Shown here in pieces: positions 24,303 through 32,627 of a stretch of DNA of 64,000 nt; within the stretch, counting starts at the first letter, position 1; every line of letters begins with the position of its first letter. The notes under the pieces were generated by a model. That model was not told where the DNA came from and did not search any database. It saw only the letters and a program-made list of their open reading frames with translations. Both the position numbers and the translations under genes were made by a program. The stretch spans positions 6,210 through 70,209 of the forward strand of contig JAKITW010000002.1 in assembly GCA_021647905.1 (NCBI GenBank). Reading direction: 5' to 3'. Source of the stretch: Desulfobacterales bacterium. Its GTDB lineage: Bacteria > Desulfobacterota > Desulfobulbia > Desulfobulbales > BM004.

Positions 24303-25634
24303 ATGCGCCTTTCTGTTTATCTCAAATCCTGGCCCTATCCGGCCGCGCCCGGCCACCACCTGCTCTACTCCACCCGCACCGCGGCCCTGGCCCTGGTGCC
24401 TGACCCGGTATTGACCAAGCTTGCGGCCGGCGGGCAGGTGGACCAGGAGTTTATCGACACCCTGACCCCCCTGGGCATGCTGGTCGCGGACCAGGATGCG
24501 GAGCGGGCCATGGTGCGGAACATGCTCGACGAGTTGAACCACATCAACCCCACCCTCACCGTGGCGGTGATCCTGGGAATGGAGTGCAACTTTGCCTGTC
24601 CTTACTGCTACGAGGGCAGCATGAAGGGCAGATATGCAATGGACGATGCCGTTGCCGACCAGCTGGTGGTTTTTTTAAAGGACCTCTTTGTCCGGAGAAA
24701 AAAGAAAAAAATGACCCTGGACTTCTACGGCGGCGAGCCCCTGCTCTACCTGGGCCGGATTATCTCGTTAGCCGGACAGCTCAAGCCCTTTGTTGAGGAA
24801 CAGGGGGGCGAATTCTCCTTTTACCTGGTGACCAACGGCTCGCTGCTCACCCGGAAAAGGGTGGCGAGGATGGGCCCGCTGGGCCTGGCCACGGCCAAGG
24901 TCACCGTGGACGGACCGGCCGCGATCCACAATGTCCAGCGGCCCTTCAGGTCCGGCCGGGAGAGCTTCAACCTGGTCCTGGACAATATCGCGGCCTGCTG
25001 CGACCAGGTCAGGATCGGCATCGGCGGCAATTTTACCCGGGACAATTTCCGGGAGTTTCCCCTGCTTCTGGATGAGCTGGCCGCCCGGGGCCTGACCGCG
25101 GACAAACTACGCCAGGTCAAGTTCGACCCGGTGATGCAGATCACCGACACCTTTGCCAATCCGGAGTTCCGGGCCGGCTGCAGCTCCTACAGCGACCCCT
25201 GGGTGGGCCAGGCCTTCTTTTATCTGCGGGACAAGATTATGGCCCAGGGGTATTCCACCCCGAAGATGAGCCCCGCTGCCTGCATGGTGGACCAGGAGGA
25301 CACCTTTACCGTGCATTACAACGGGGAGATCTACAAATGTCCGTCCATGATCGGCCATGACGGCTATCAGGCGGGCGATATCTTTCAAGGCCTCGGCGAC
25401 TATCGCGGCGCCTATCACCTCGACCACTGGCAACAGGAGGAAAAATGCCGCCAATGCGTCTACCTGCCCCTCTGTTTCGGCGGCTGCCGGTACCTGAAAC
25501 TGCAGCGGGACGGCGACATGGACGGAGTGGACTGCCGGCAGCCCTTTCTGGACTCGGCCCTGGAAGAGATGCTGCGCCAGGACATTCGCTACCGGAAACC
25601 GGAAGACAGAGGACAGAAGACAGAGGACAGATAA
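24303..25634 (+). CDS. Radical SAM / SPASM-domain peptide-maturase-like enzyme
   Basis: GMECNFACPYCYEG (CX3CX2C) lies about 100 aa from the N-terminus. C-terminal CRQCVYLPLCFGGCRY (CX2CX5CX3C), with additional Cys upstream (YKCPSM). Start is either ATG 24303 or TTG 24264. Confidence 0.9.
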   Translation: MRLSVYLKSWPYPAAPGHHLLYSTRTAALALVPDPVLTKLAAGGQVDQEFIDTLTPLGMLVADQDAERAMVRNMLDELNHINPTLTVAVILGMECNFACPYCYEGSMKGRYAMDDAVADQLVVFLKDLFVRRKKKKMTLDFYGGEPLLYLGRIISLAGQLKPFVEEQGGEFSFYLVTNGSLLTRKRVARMGPLGLATAKVTVDGPAAIHNVQRPFRSGRESFNLVLDNIAACCDQVRIGIGGNFTRDNFREFPLLLDELAARGLTADKLRQVKFDPVMQITDTFANPEFRAGCSSYSDPWVGQAFFYLRDKIMAQGYSTPKMSPAACMVDQEDTFTVHYNGEIYKCPSMIGHDGYQAGDIFQGLGDYRGAYHLDHWQQEEKCRQCVYLPLCFGGCRYLKLQRDGDMDGVDCRQPFLDSALEEMLRQDIRYRKPEDRGQKTEDR

Positions 25635-25661
25635 GCCAAAAACAGAGGTGCAGGGTTGTGA

Positions 25662-26312
25662 CTATTTCTTCTTGTCCCGGGCCGCGTTGTACAGACCGGG
25701 ATAGAGCCGGATGGCGCAGGCCGGGCAGATGGAGTGGCTGAATTCGATATTGGCGCGGGCCCGGATGTAGGACTCGATCTCGTGCCAGTGCCCGCCCTCG
25801 TCCCTGATCTTCTTGCAGGAAGCGCAGATGGGCAGGAAATCCTCCAGGGTCTGGATGGTTTCCTGGGCCTGCTGCAGGTCGCGGACCAGCTTTTCCCGCT
25901 CCTGTTCCAGCCGCTTGAAGCGGATACACCGCTCGGCCAGGCTTGAGATCTCCACCAGGTTGATGGGTTTGCGTAGAAAACTATGCACCCCCAGGTTGTA
26001 GCATTTCTGAATATCTTCATCCCCGCCATGACCGGTGATCACCACCACGGTATAGGGATCGGCCGGCTTGTAGTCTATGGACCGCAGAAAGCCGATGCCG
26101 TCCAGCACCGGCATCCGCAGGTCGAGGAAAATAAGTTCCGGGGATTCCCGGCGGAAGAACTCCAGTCCCATTTTGCCGTCATCGGCAAAGAGAAGCTCGT
26201 AGCCCGCATGTTTCAGCGCCTTCTTAATCGCTTGCTGGAGGATGGTTTCATCGTCCACCACCAGAACCCGGGGGGGGGCGGTTGGATGAACTTCCGGGGA
26301 AACGATCTGCAT
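25662..26312 (-). CDS. Response regulator receiver domain with a C-terminal CxxC...CPxC domain
   Basis: VLVVDDE..LIFLDLRMPVLDG..VVITGHG (REC), a coiled linker, then ICASCKKIRDEGGHWHEIESYIRARANIEFSHSICPACA. Start at ATG 26312 behind GGAGGAGAGC. Confidence 0.85.
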   Translation of the reverse strand: MQIVSPEVHPTAPPRVLVVDDETILQQAIKKALKHAGYELLFADDGKMGLEFFRRESPELIFLDLRMPVLDGIGFLRSIDYKPADPYTVVVITGHGGDEDIQKCYNLGVHSFLRKPINLVEISSLAERCIRFKRLEQEREKLVRDLQQAQETIQTLEDFLPICASCKKIRDEGGHWHEIESYIRARANIEFSHSICPACAIRLYPGLYNAARDKKK

Positions 26313-26376
26313 GCTCTCCTCCACTGCTGGGAATTATGGTTGCAAAACCCGCTTCAAAAAATGGCAAGGAATAAAA

Positions 26377-26399
26377 ACCCGGCCCAGAGACCGGGTTTT
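26377..26399. terminator. Hairpin with flanking A/T runs (possible bidirectional terminator)
   Basis: AAAA-ACCCGG-cccagaga-CCGGGT-TTTT. It lies about 290 nt downstream of the 26683 stop and upstream of the REC gene. Confidence 0.4.
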
Positions 26400-26682
26400 G
26401 AGATAAACACCATGGTAGACCGAGTCCGCTTGAAATACAATACTAGAAAACTGCCAGTATAATACCAGGTGAATACTAGTACCAAGGTGATTATTCTTTC
26501 TGTGGTATCGTTTGGTTATGCCCTGTTGGCGTACTTTTTTCGCCACCTGAAAAGAAATTGATCCGCAGCGGTGGATTACCAGATCCCGGTTGCGGAAAAG
26601 ATCCTCCGGGTTGAGATAAAGGCGGGCGGACCAGGCTCCCTGAAATCCCTGCGGGGGTTTCCGCCGGACAAGGGCCTGGCCC

Positions 26683-27015
26683 TCAGGCCCGGATCATCTC
26701 TTCGGTAAGCAGTTTATCGGCATAGCGGAGGACAAACTCGCGCTGGGCCGGGGTGGCATGGGCGATGCAGTCGCAGTGCAGGGTGGTCTTGCTCCGCACC
26801 AGGAGTTCAAAGCGGACCACGTCGTCATCCAGCAGCACCCCGAAACAAAAGGGACCGCAGTCGGTATGGCCCTGCTGGCTGTCGGCCAGGAGATCGTCGG
26901 GCAGCTTGAGCCAGAAGAGCCCGTCCATGGGACCCGGCTCCAGGGTCCGTCTCAGATAGTTTTCAATATTGTTCCGCTCCTCGCGGCTCAACTCGTCAAT
27001 CACAAACTGTCGCAT
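26683..27015 (-). CDS. Hypothetical protein (110 aa)
   Basis: ORF co-oriented with and 31 nt downstream of the PhoH2 gene. Start set at MRQFVIDEL to avoid overlap. No recognisable motif. Confidence 0.55.
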   Translation of the reverse strand: MRQFVIDELSREERNNIENYLRRTLEPGPMDGLFWLKLPDDLLADSQQGHTDCGPFCFGVLLDDDVVRFELLVRSKTTLHCDCIAHATPAQREFVLRYADKLLTEEMIRA

Positions 27016-27046
27016 GTTTTTACTTCTCCATCCTGGTTCGCATTCA

Positions 27047-28363
27047 TTACAGATACTCGGCCGCAATGCCGGCCAGGGCGCTGCGCTCGCTTTTCTTCAG
27101 GGTGACGTGGCCATGGACCACCTGGCCCCTGAGCCGCTCCACCGTGTAGGTCAACCCGTTACTGCGGGAATCGAGATAAGGGTTGTCAATCTGGTACGGG
27201 TCGCCGGTGAGCACCATCTTGGTACCTTCGCCGGCCCGGCTGACAATGGTCTTGACCTCGTGGGGGGTCAGGTTCTGGGCCTCGTCAACGATCACATACT
27301 GCCGGGGGATGGAGCGGCCGCGGATATAGCTCAACGCCTCCAGTTCCACCACCTTGTCCCTGAGCAGGTTGTCCACCTTGTGCCGCACCGAGGCCCCGTT
27401 ATCCTCGCGTTTGCGGTCTTCACCCACCAGGTAGGTGAGATTGTCAAAAATGGGCTGCATCCACAGGGACAGTTTTTCGTCCTTGGTACCGGGCAGGTAA
27501 CCGATATCCTTGCCCAGGGGGATAACCGGCCGGGAGACCAGCAGCTTGTCATACTGCTTGAGCCGCAACGTGGTCTCCAGGCCGGCGGCCAGGGCAAGCA
27601 GGGTCTTGCCGGTGCCGGCCTGGCCCACCAGGGTTACCACCTGCACCTCCTGGTCCATGAGCAGTTCCATGGCCATCCGCTGTTCCTTGTTCCGGGGCCG
27701 GATTTTCCAGGCGCTGTCAAACCGGGAGTTGAGGTGTACCAGGCCGACACCAGCCACCATTCTCCCCATGCCGGTATGCTTTTCATTGGCCTGGTCCTTA
27801 AGGAGAACAAACTCGTTGGGAACCACGTCCGCCGACTCGATGGCCAGGACATCATTATTAAAAAACTCGTCAACAGTGTGACCAGGGACCAGCATCTCCC
27901 GGTACCCGGTAAACAGCTCGTCAAAGTTGACCGTCTGTTTTTCAAAATCCCGGACCTCCAGCCCCAGGGCGTCCGCCTTGAGCCGGGCACTGATGTCCTT
28001 GGACACGAAGATCACCCGCTTGCCTTGCTGCAGTAAATTATAGGCCACGGCCAGGATCCGGTTGTCCGGCACCGACATGTCCATCCCGGGCAGCGGCTTG
28101 ATCTCCTTCTGGTCGATGGTGATCATCAGCGAGCCGCCGTTCTCGGTTTCCACCCCCTTGCCCAGGCTGCCCCTGCCCCGGAGGAGGTCCAGCTTCCGGA
28201 TCACCTGGCGGGCATTGCGGCCCAACTCGTCGCTATGGGATTTGAACTTGTCCAGCTCCTCAATGACCGTCATCGGCAGGATAATGGTGTTGTCGTCAAA
28301 GGAATCAATGGCCTCTGCATTGTGCAGCAGGACATTGGTATCAAGAACAAAATATTTTTTCAT
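27047..28363 (-). CDS. PhoH2-type protein (N-terminal PIN domain fused to a PhoH ATPase)
   Basis: MKKYFVLDTNVLLH..ELD (PIN acidic residues). Walker A GQAGTGKT, DEAQN and GDPYQID motifs of the PhoH family. Confidence 0.9.
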   Translation of the reverse strand: MKKYFVLDTNVLLHNAEAIDSFDDNTIILPMTVIEELDKFKSHSDELGRNARQVIRKLDLLRGRGSLGKGVETENGGSLMITIDQKEIKPLPGMDMSVPDNRILAVAYNLLQQGKRVIFVSKDISARLKADALGLEVRDFEKQTVNFDELFTGYREMLVPGHTVDEFFNNDVLAIESADVVPNEFVLLKDQANEKHTGMGRMVAGVGLVHLNSRFDSAWKIRPRNKEQRMAMELLMDQEVQVVTLVGQAGTGKTLLALAAGLETTLRLKQYDKLLVSRPVIPLGKDIGYLPGTKDEKLSLWMQPIFDNLTYLVGEDRKREDNGASVRHKVDNLLRDKVVELEALSYIRGRSIPRQYVIVDEAQNLTPHEVKTIVSRAGEGTKMVLTGDPYQIDNPYLDSRSNGLTYTVERLRGQVVHGHVTLKKSERSALAGIAAEYL

Positions 28364-28373
28364 ACACCCTTCC

Positions 28374-28476
28374 GTTTATATGAAAGTCGCCACCAGGCGC
28401 CAGCCTTGCCATGCCGGAGTGACGTCTTTCATTATTTCGTTGTGGCTGGACAAATATGGTCCAGCCATGCTGGTTG
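28374..28476 (+). repeat. Family A repeat (copy A4, complete alpha-type unit)
   Basis: TTTATATGAAAGTCGCC..CCTTGCCATGCCGGAGTGACGTCTTTCATT..GTTGTGGCTGGACAAATATGGTCCAGCCATGCTGGTTGG. Two hairpins: ATGAAAG/CTTTCAT and TGGCTGGA/TCCAGCCA. Confidence 0.85.
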
Positions 28477-28508
28477 GTAAAAAATTGTTGCTTCCTGCTG
28501 TTATCGAT

Positions 28509-29609
28509 TCAGATATCCAGATAGGTCGTATCCCGGTTCAAAACCTCGCAGCCGGTCTCACTGACCACCACCATGTTCTCCAGCCGGATCCCGCCCCAGC
28601 CCGGCAGATAGATCCCCGGTTCCACGGTAACCACCATCCCGGGTTTTAATTTTTTCCTGCTCCAGCGGTTAAGGCCTGGAGATTCATGCACCGCCAGCCC
28701 CACCCCATGGCCCAGGCCGTGGCCGAACCGTCGGCCATGACCGGCCTTGCCAATCACGCTCCGGGCGGCCCGGTCCACCGACCTTGCCGTCACCCCGGGC
28801 CGAATTGCATTGATCCCGGCCAACTGGGCCCGGCGGACCAGGCGGAACAGCTCCACGGTCCGGCGGTCCGGCCGGCCCAGGACCACGGTCCTGGTCATAT
28901 CCGAGCAGTAACCGTCAAGCCGCACCCCCATGTCGATGACCACTGGTTCGCCCGCCCTGAGCCGGTGGTCGGTGGGCAGCGCATGGGGCAGGGCGGAGTT
29001 GGGACCGCTGGCGACAATGGTGGCAAAGCTGGGACCCTCGGCCCCCCTGACCCGCATCCCGGCCTCGATTGTCCACGCCACCTCCTTTTCGCTGATCCCG
29101 GGTTTGAGTTGGGCATAAACCTCCTGAAACACCTCTTCATTCATCCGCACCGCCCGTCTGATCTTAACCAGCTCCTCAGAACCCTTGCACACCCGCAGCC
29201 CCTCGACCAGACCGGTGACCGGCCTGACTTCAACCCCCGGCCCCTTCAGGGACTCGATGATCCGTTCCGCTGTGACATGGGTTACCCCGTCACCCTCAAA
29301 GGCCACTCTTTTCAGGCCCAGCCGGCCCACCAGCTTTTGCAGCAACGAAACCAGGCCGCGCGGATAGAGAACAACCTCAAAACCCTTGGCCTCGGCCTCG
29401 GCCTGGAGCTGATAGCGAAAATCGGTCAGCAGATAGGGGGCCCCGCTGCCCGGGATCAGCAAGGCGCCAGCGCTTTCGCTGAGCGATGGATCCAGGGCGG
29501 TGAAGCCGCTCAGATAATAACGGTTCTCCGGATTGGTGACCAGAAGGGCCTGAAGGCGACGGCAGCGCATTGCTCGCCGGACACGGGCAAGGGGGGACAT
29601 GATTAACAA
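28509..29609 (-). CDS. Xaa-Pro aminopeptidase (M24B family)
   Basis: N-terminal creatinase-like domain. Metal ligands in DMGVRLDGYCSDMTRT, GHGLGHGVGLAVHE, VEPGIY and IRLEN. Confidence 0.9.
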   Translation of the reverse strand: MLIMSPLARVRRAMRCRRLQALLVTNPENRYYLSGFTALDPSLSESAGALLIPGSGAPYLLTDFRYQLQAEAEAKGFEVVLYPRGLVSLLQKLVGRLGLKRVAFEGDGVTHVTAERIIESLKGPGVEVRPVTGLVEGLRVCKGSEELVKIRRAVRMNEEVFQEVYAQLKPGISEKEVAWTIEAGMRVRGAEGPSFATIVASGPNSALPHALPTDHRLRAGEPVVIDMGVRLDGYCSDMTRTVVLGRPDRRTVELFRLVRRAQLAGINAIRPGVTARSVDRAARSVIGKAGHGRRFGHGLGHGVGLAVHESPGLNRWSRKKLKPGMVVTVEPGIYLPGWGGIRLENMVVVSETGCEVLNRDTTYLDI

Positions 29610-29625
29610 CCCTCATAAAAAGGAG

Positions 29626-29889
29626 TTAAGGGACAAAATGGACAAAAACCTTGATCCCGTAACGGTAGAGCATGGCATGCAGTTCGCGGATCGCCCGGAT
29701 CGGCTCCGCCAGGCCGAGATCGACCCGGTAGCGCCTGCCCGGGTCTGTCATGGAGATGGCCCCGAAACAGACCTTGTCATAGCGGATTTCCGCGCCCTCG
29801 GCATGCCATTGCCGCAACCGGGTATCAACCGGTTCCACCTCTTCCGGGGTGAGGGGGGTTGCGGCCTGCAGATAAATTTCGATCTCCAT
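29626..29889 (-). CDS. Hypothetical protein (87 aa)
   Basis: AGGTGGAAAC precedes the ATG. 12-nt gap to the upstream gene. No recognisable motif. Confidence 0.6.
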   Translation of the reverse strand: MEIEIYLQAATPLTPEEVEPVDTRLRQWHAEGAEIRYDKVCFGAISMTDPGRRYRVDLGLAEPIRAIRELHAMLYRYGIKVFVHFVP

Positions 29890-29901
29890 GTTTCCACCTG
29901 G

Positions 29902-30492
29902 TCAGGCCAGCCGCCGGCCAATGAGATCCTTGTACTGATCCAGGGCTTTTCCATACTGGTTGTTCAGTTCGCCAATGATCCTCTGCCACTCCTCCATAAA
30001 CTTGGGGTGGTGGACAGGGTCCAGCTGCATCCCCGGGCCGGACTGACCGGTCTGCTCCGCCATTGCCTGTTCCATCTGTTGACGAATGGCCTCCTCCAGC
30101 TGCCGGCGCAGGTCATTCCTGTGGTTTTTATACTGCTCAAGAACCTGGCGCATCTCTCCCATGGTCTGGACCAGCTCCCCGGCGCCAGCGGCAAGGTCGA
30201 TCACCCCGACCATGGCCATGTCCGCGGCCTGGCTGTCGTCATCCCGGGGCAGGATGATATTGCGCAGCAAGGCCTGGACCGCCCCCCGGCGCATGAGCTG
30301 TTGCGCGTCCGGCTCCTGTTCAGCGATGGTCCGGGCCAGGGGCACGGTATTGTCCCGGAGATAATCAGCGGCAAGCCGCATCCCCTGCTTGACCGTTTCC
30401 TCTGCCGCAAGTTCGGCCGGAGGTAATGGGGCCGCATCCATCCGGGCCAGCCGCTCCAGAACCTTTTCCATGGTACTCTTTATTTCCGCCAT
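29902..30492 (-). CDS. Hypothetical alpha-helical protein (196 aa)
   Basis: Start at MAEIKSTMEK (ATG 30492), 7 nt after the stop of the GGDEF gene. The track ORF carries a 57-aa extension that overlaps that gene. Confidence 0.6.
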   Translation of the reverse strand: MAEIKSTMEKVLERLARMDAAPLPPAELAAEETVKQGMRLAADYLRDNTVPLARTIAEQEPDAQQLMRRGAVQALLRNIILPRDDDSQAADMAMVGVIDLAAGAGELVQTMGEMRQVLEQYKNHRNDLRRQLEEAIRQQMEQAMAEQTGQSGPGMQLDPVHHPKFMEEWQRIIGELNNQYGKALDQYKDLIGRRLA

Positions 30493-30499
30493 CTGTTGT

Positions 30500-32221
30500 T
30501 TATTCCTCAGGGCTCTTTTCTTTGCTGCATTTACAGTCGTCAAGGGACACGGCGCACTCCACCCGGTTGCGGCCGTGCTCCTTGGCCTTATAAAGGGCCT
30601 GGTCCGCCTCTTCCACCAGTTCCTTCCATGAAAGACCGGCCCGGAATGCAGAGACCCCGGCACTGATGGTCACCCCGCTTGCGGTCTCCACCTCTTCCCG
30701 GATCCGTTCGGCAACAACACAGCCGTTCCGGGCCGAGGCCTCCAACAGAATCACCAGAAACTCCTCACCCCCGTATCGGCAAACCAGATCGCTTTCCCGA
30801 ACCTGGTTCTTGAGGATGCGGGCCACCTTGGCCAGCAGCTCGTCGCCGGCGGCATGGCCATGGGTATCATTGTATTTCTTAAAAAAATCAATATCAAACA
30901 TTGCCACGGAAAGGGTCTTTTCATAACGCTCGGCACTGGAAACACTCTGCTCAAGGGTGATCTCCATCAGACGCCGGTTGGCAACACCGGTCAACGGGTC
31001 GTGCAGGGAAAGTCGCTTGATCTCTTCATAGTGACGTGCATTTTCTATGGCAATGCCGACCTGGTTGCCGATGCCCAGGAGCAACCCCTTCATGTGCTCC
31101 CCAATCTTGACATCGGCACCGGTGTAGAGATACAGCACCCCGACCACCCGCTCCGCCACCTTGAGCGGCACGATGATGTGGCCGTGCGGGGCCATGCCCT
31201 CGTAACGGATGGTGTGGTGTTTATCGTGATCGCTGTTGCCGGAGATGACAATCTCACCGGTCCGGGCCGCCAGGCCGCAGAGGCAGGTGTCAACGGTCAT
31301 GTTCTTGTGCTGTTCCAGAAAAACCGACGGGTGGCCCAAATGACAGACCAGTTCCATCCGCCGGCCGTCAACGATAAAGATCCCGCCCTTGTGCTCGACC
31401 TTGAAAATCTCGAGCCGGTTGACCACGGTCTTGAGAATATCGGATAGGAGTTCTTCCATGTCCCTGGTGTGGCTGATCACCCGGGAGACATCAAAAAGCA
31501 CGGACAGCTCACCGTTCTTCTCCCGCAGGTCCTCGTTCTGCTGAAAAATTTTCTCCTCTGCCTCTTTTCTGGCCAGGATGTTCCGCTTCGCCCTGGCAAT
31601 AATAAAGGCAATTACCAGCAGCAGCCCTGTTCCGAGAAAAACAAGCACCAGGTAATTGGTGGCCAAGAGGCGGTCCAGCTTTCCTTTCCGGGCTGTTATA
31701 TCAAGAAAAATCTCCATGGCGCCGACAATTTCACCATCTTTTCCGACCGGAACAAAGGTCTGCACCACGCTTCCATTAACAGACCCGGCCCCTGCGGCTA
31801 ACACCTCTGTCCGCACAACCCCGGCGCTGATCACCTGAAAAAATTTTTCACCGCCGATTATGGCGCCGACATCGTCACCATCCGTGGAGACCAATACCTC
31901 TGCGTCAGCGGACACCACGGTGATCTTCTTCAACTGAAACTGCTGCCGGGCCTCAAGCAGCTCCGCGACAAAACCAGGGGGAATATTTTCAGCGGTCAAC
32001 TTTTTCCCGCCAAGATCCCGGGTTAACATGGTGGAGAGATGGGTGGCCACCTCCACGGCCTCCTGCTCGGCGTCCTTGTAAACCATGTCGCTGAAGACCG
32101 GAGAAACAAAATAAAGCAGGTATCCGGCCAGGGCCGCCACCGCCGCTGCGGAGGAGATCAGAACAATCTGCAACAGCCTGTACTCACCGTACAGGTGACC
32201 GAGTGATCCTTTTTTCACCAT
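30500..32221 (-). CDS. Diguanylate cyclase: TM - periplasmic sensor - TM - GAF - GGDEF
   Basis: RESD I-site and RYGGEEF active site, with a GAF-like region upstream. Start at ATG 32221 behind AAAAGGAGG. Confidence 0.88.
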   Translation of the reverse strand: MVKKGSLGHLYGEYRLLQIVLISSAAAVAALAGYLLYFVSPVFSDMVYKDAEQEAVEVATHLSTMLTRDLGGKKLTAENIPPGFVAELLEARQQFQLKKITVVSADAEVLVSTDGDDVGAIIGGEKFFQVISAGVVRTEVLAAGAGSVNGSVVQTFVPVGKDGEIVGAMEIFLDITARKGKLDRLLATNYLVLVFLGTGLLLVIAFIIARAKRNILARKEAEEKIFQQNEDLREKNGELSVLFDVSRVISHTRDMEELLSDILKTVVNRLEIFKVEHKGGIFIVDGRRMELVCHLGHPSVFLEQHKNMTVDTCLCGLAARTGEIVISGNSDHDKHHTIRYEGMAPHGHIIVPLKVAERVVGVLYLYTGADVKIGEHMKGLLLGIGNQVGIAIENARHYEEIKRLSLHDPLTGVANRRLMEITLEQSVSSAERYEKTLSVAMFDIDFFKKYNDTHGHAAGDELLAKVARILKNQVRESDLVCRYGGEEFLVILLEASARNGCVVAERIREEVETASGVTISAGVSAFRAGLSWKELVEEADQALYKAKEHGRNRVECAVSLDDCKCSKEKSPEE

Positions 32222-32315
32222 CGAGAAAACCTCCTTTTTGCGGCACGGCCGGCCCGTGCCGGACAAAAAACACCTATACAGCACCATAGAACAGGGAAAA
32301 AGGTCAAGTCAAATG

Positions 32316-32480
32316 TGATGAACTCGTAACAACCCGAAAGGCTTCAAATGCCACCCAATAAAATCAACAAGTTACAAGACGAATCACGTCCGTCGAGCGG
32401 GTTGTTGCGAGACCGACAAATGTGGTGAACCGGCAACAACCCGAAACATTACAACCACCACTGAATAAAATCAAAAAACC
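32316..32480 (-). repeat. Family B repeat (B4, 32316-32421) plus a degenerate partial second unit (32424-32480)
   Basis: 106 nt identical to 21663-21768. It is followed by GTGAACCGGCAACAACCCGAAAcattACAaCCACCactGAATAAAATCAA, which resembles the first half of the unit. Confidence 0.85.
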
Positions 32481-32528
32481 CACGGCTCTTCGTTGTTTCC
32501 CGGTATAAAAACTATTACTATATGACGC

Positions 32529-32590
32529 TTACCTGGCAGGAGACGACCCGGAGTCCGGCGGGACCCGCCCTGTGAGTGGTTTCACTGAAA
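32529..32590 (-). repeat. Family C-related fragment (ACCCGGAGTCCGGCG..CCCTGTGAGTGGTT)
   Basis: Shares ACCCGGAGTCCGGCG with 47209-47223. CCTGTGAGTGGTT is the reverse complement of the AACCACTCACAGG core at 9569-9581. Confidence 0.4.
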
Positions 32591-32627
32591 CCGTTCCGGC
32601 GACTTTCGGAAAAAAAAGGAGAACAAC

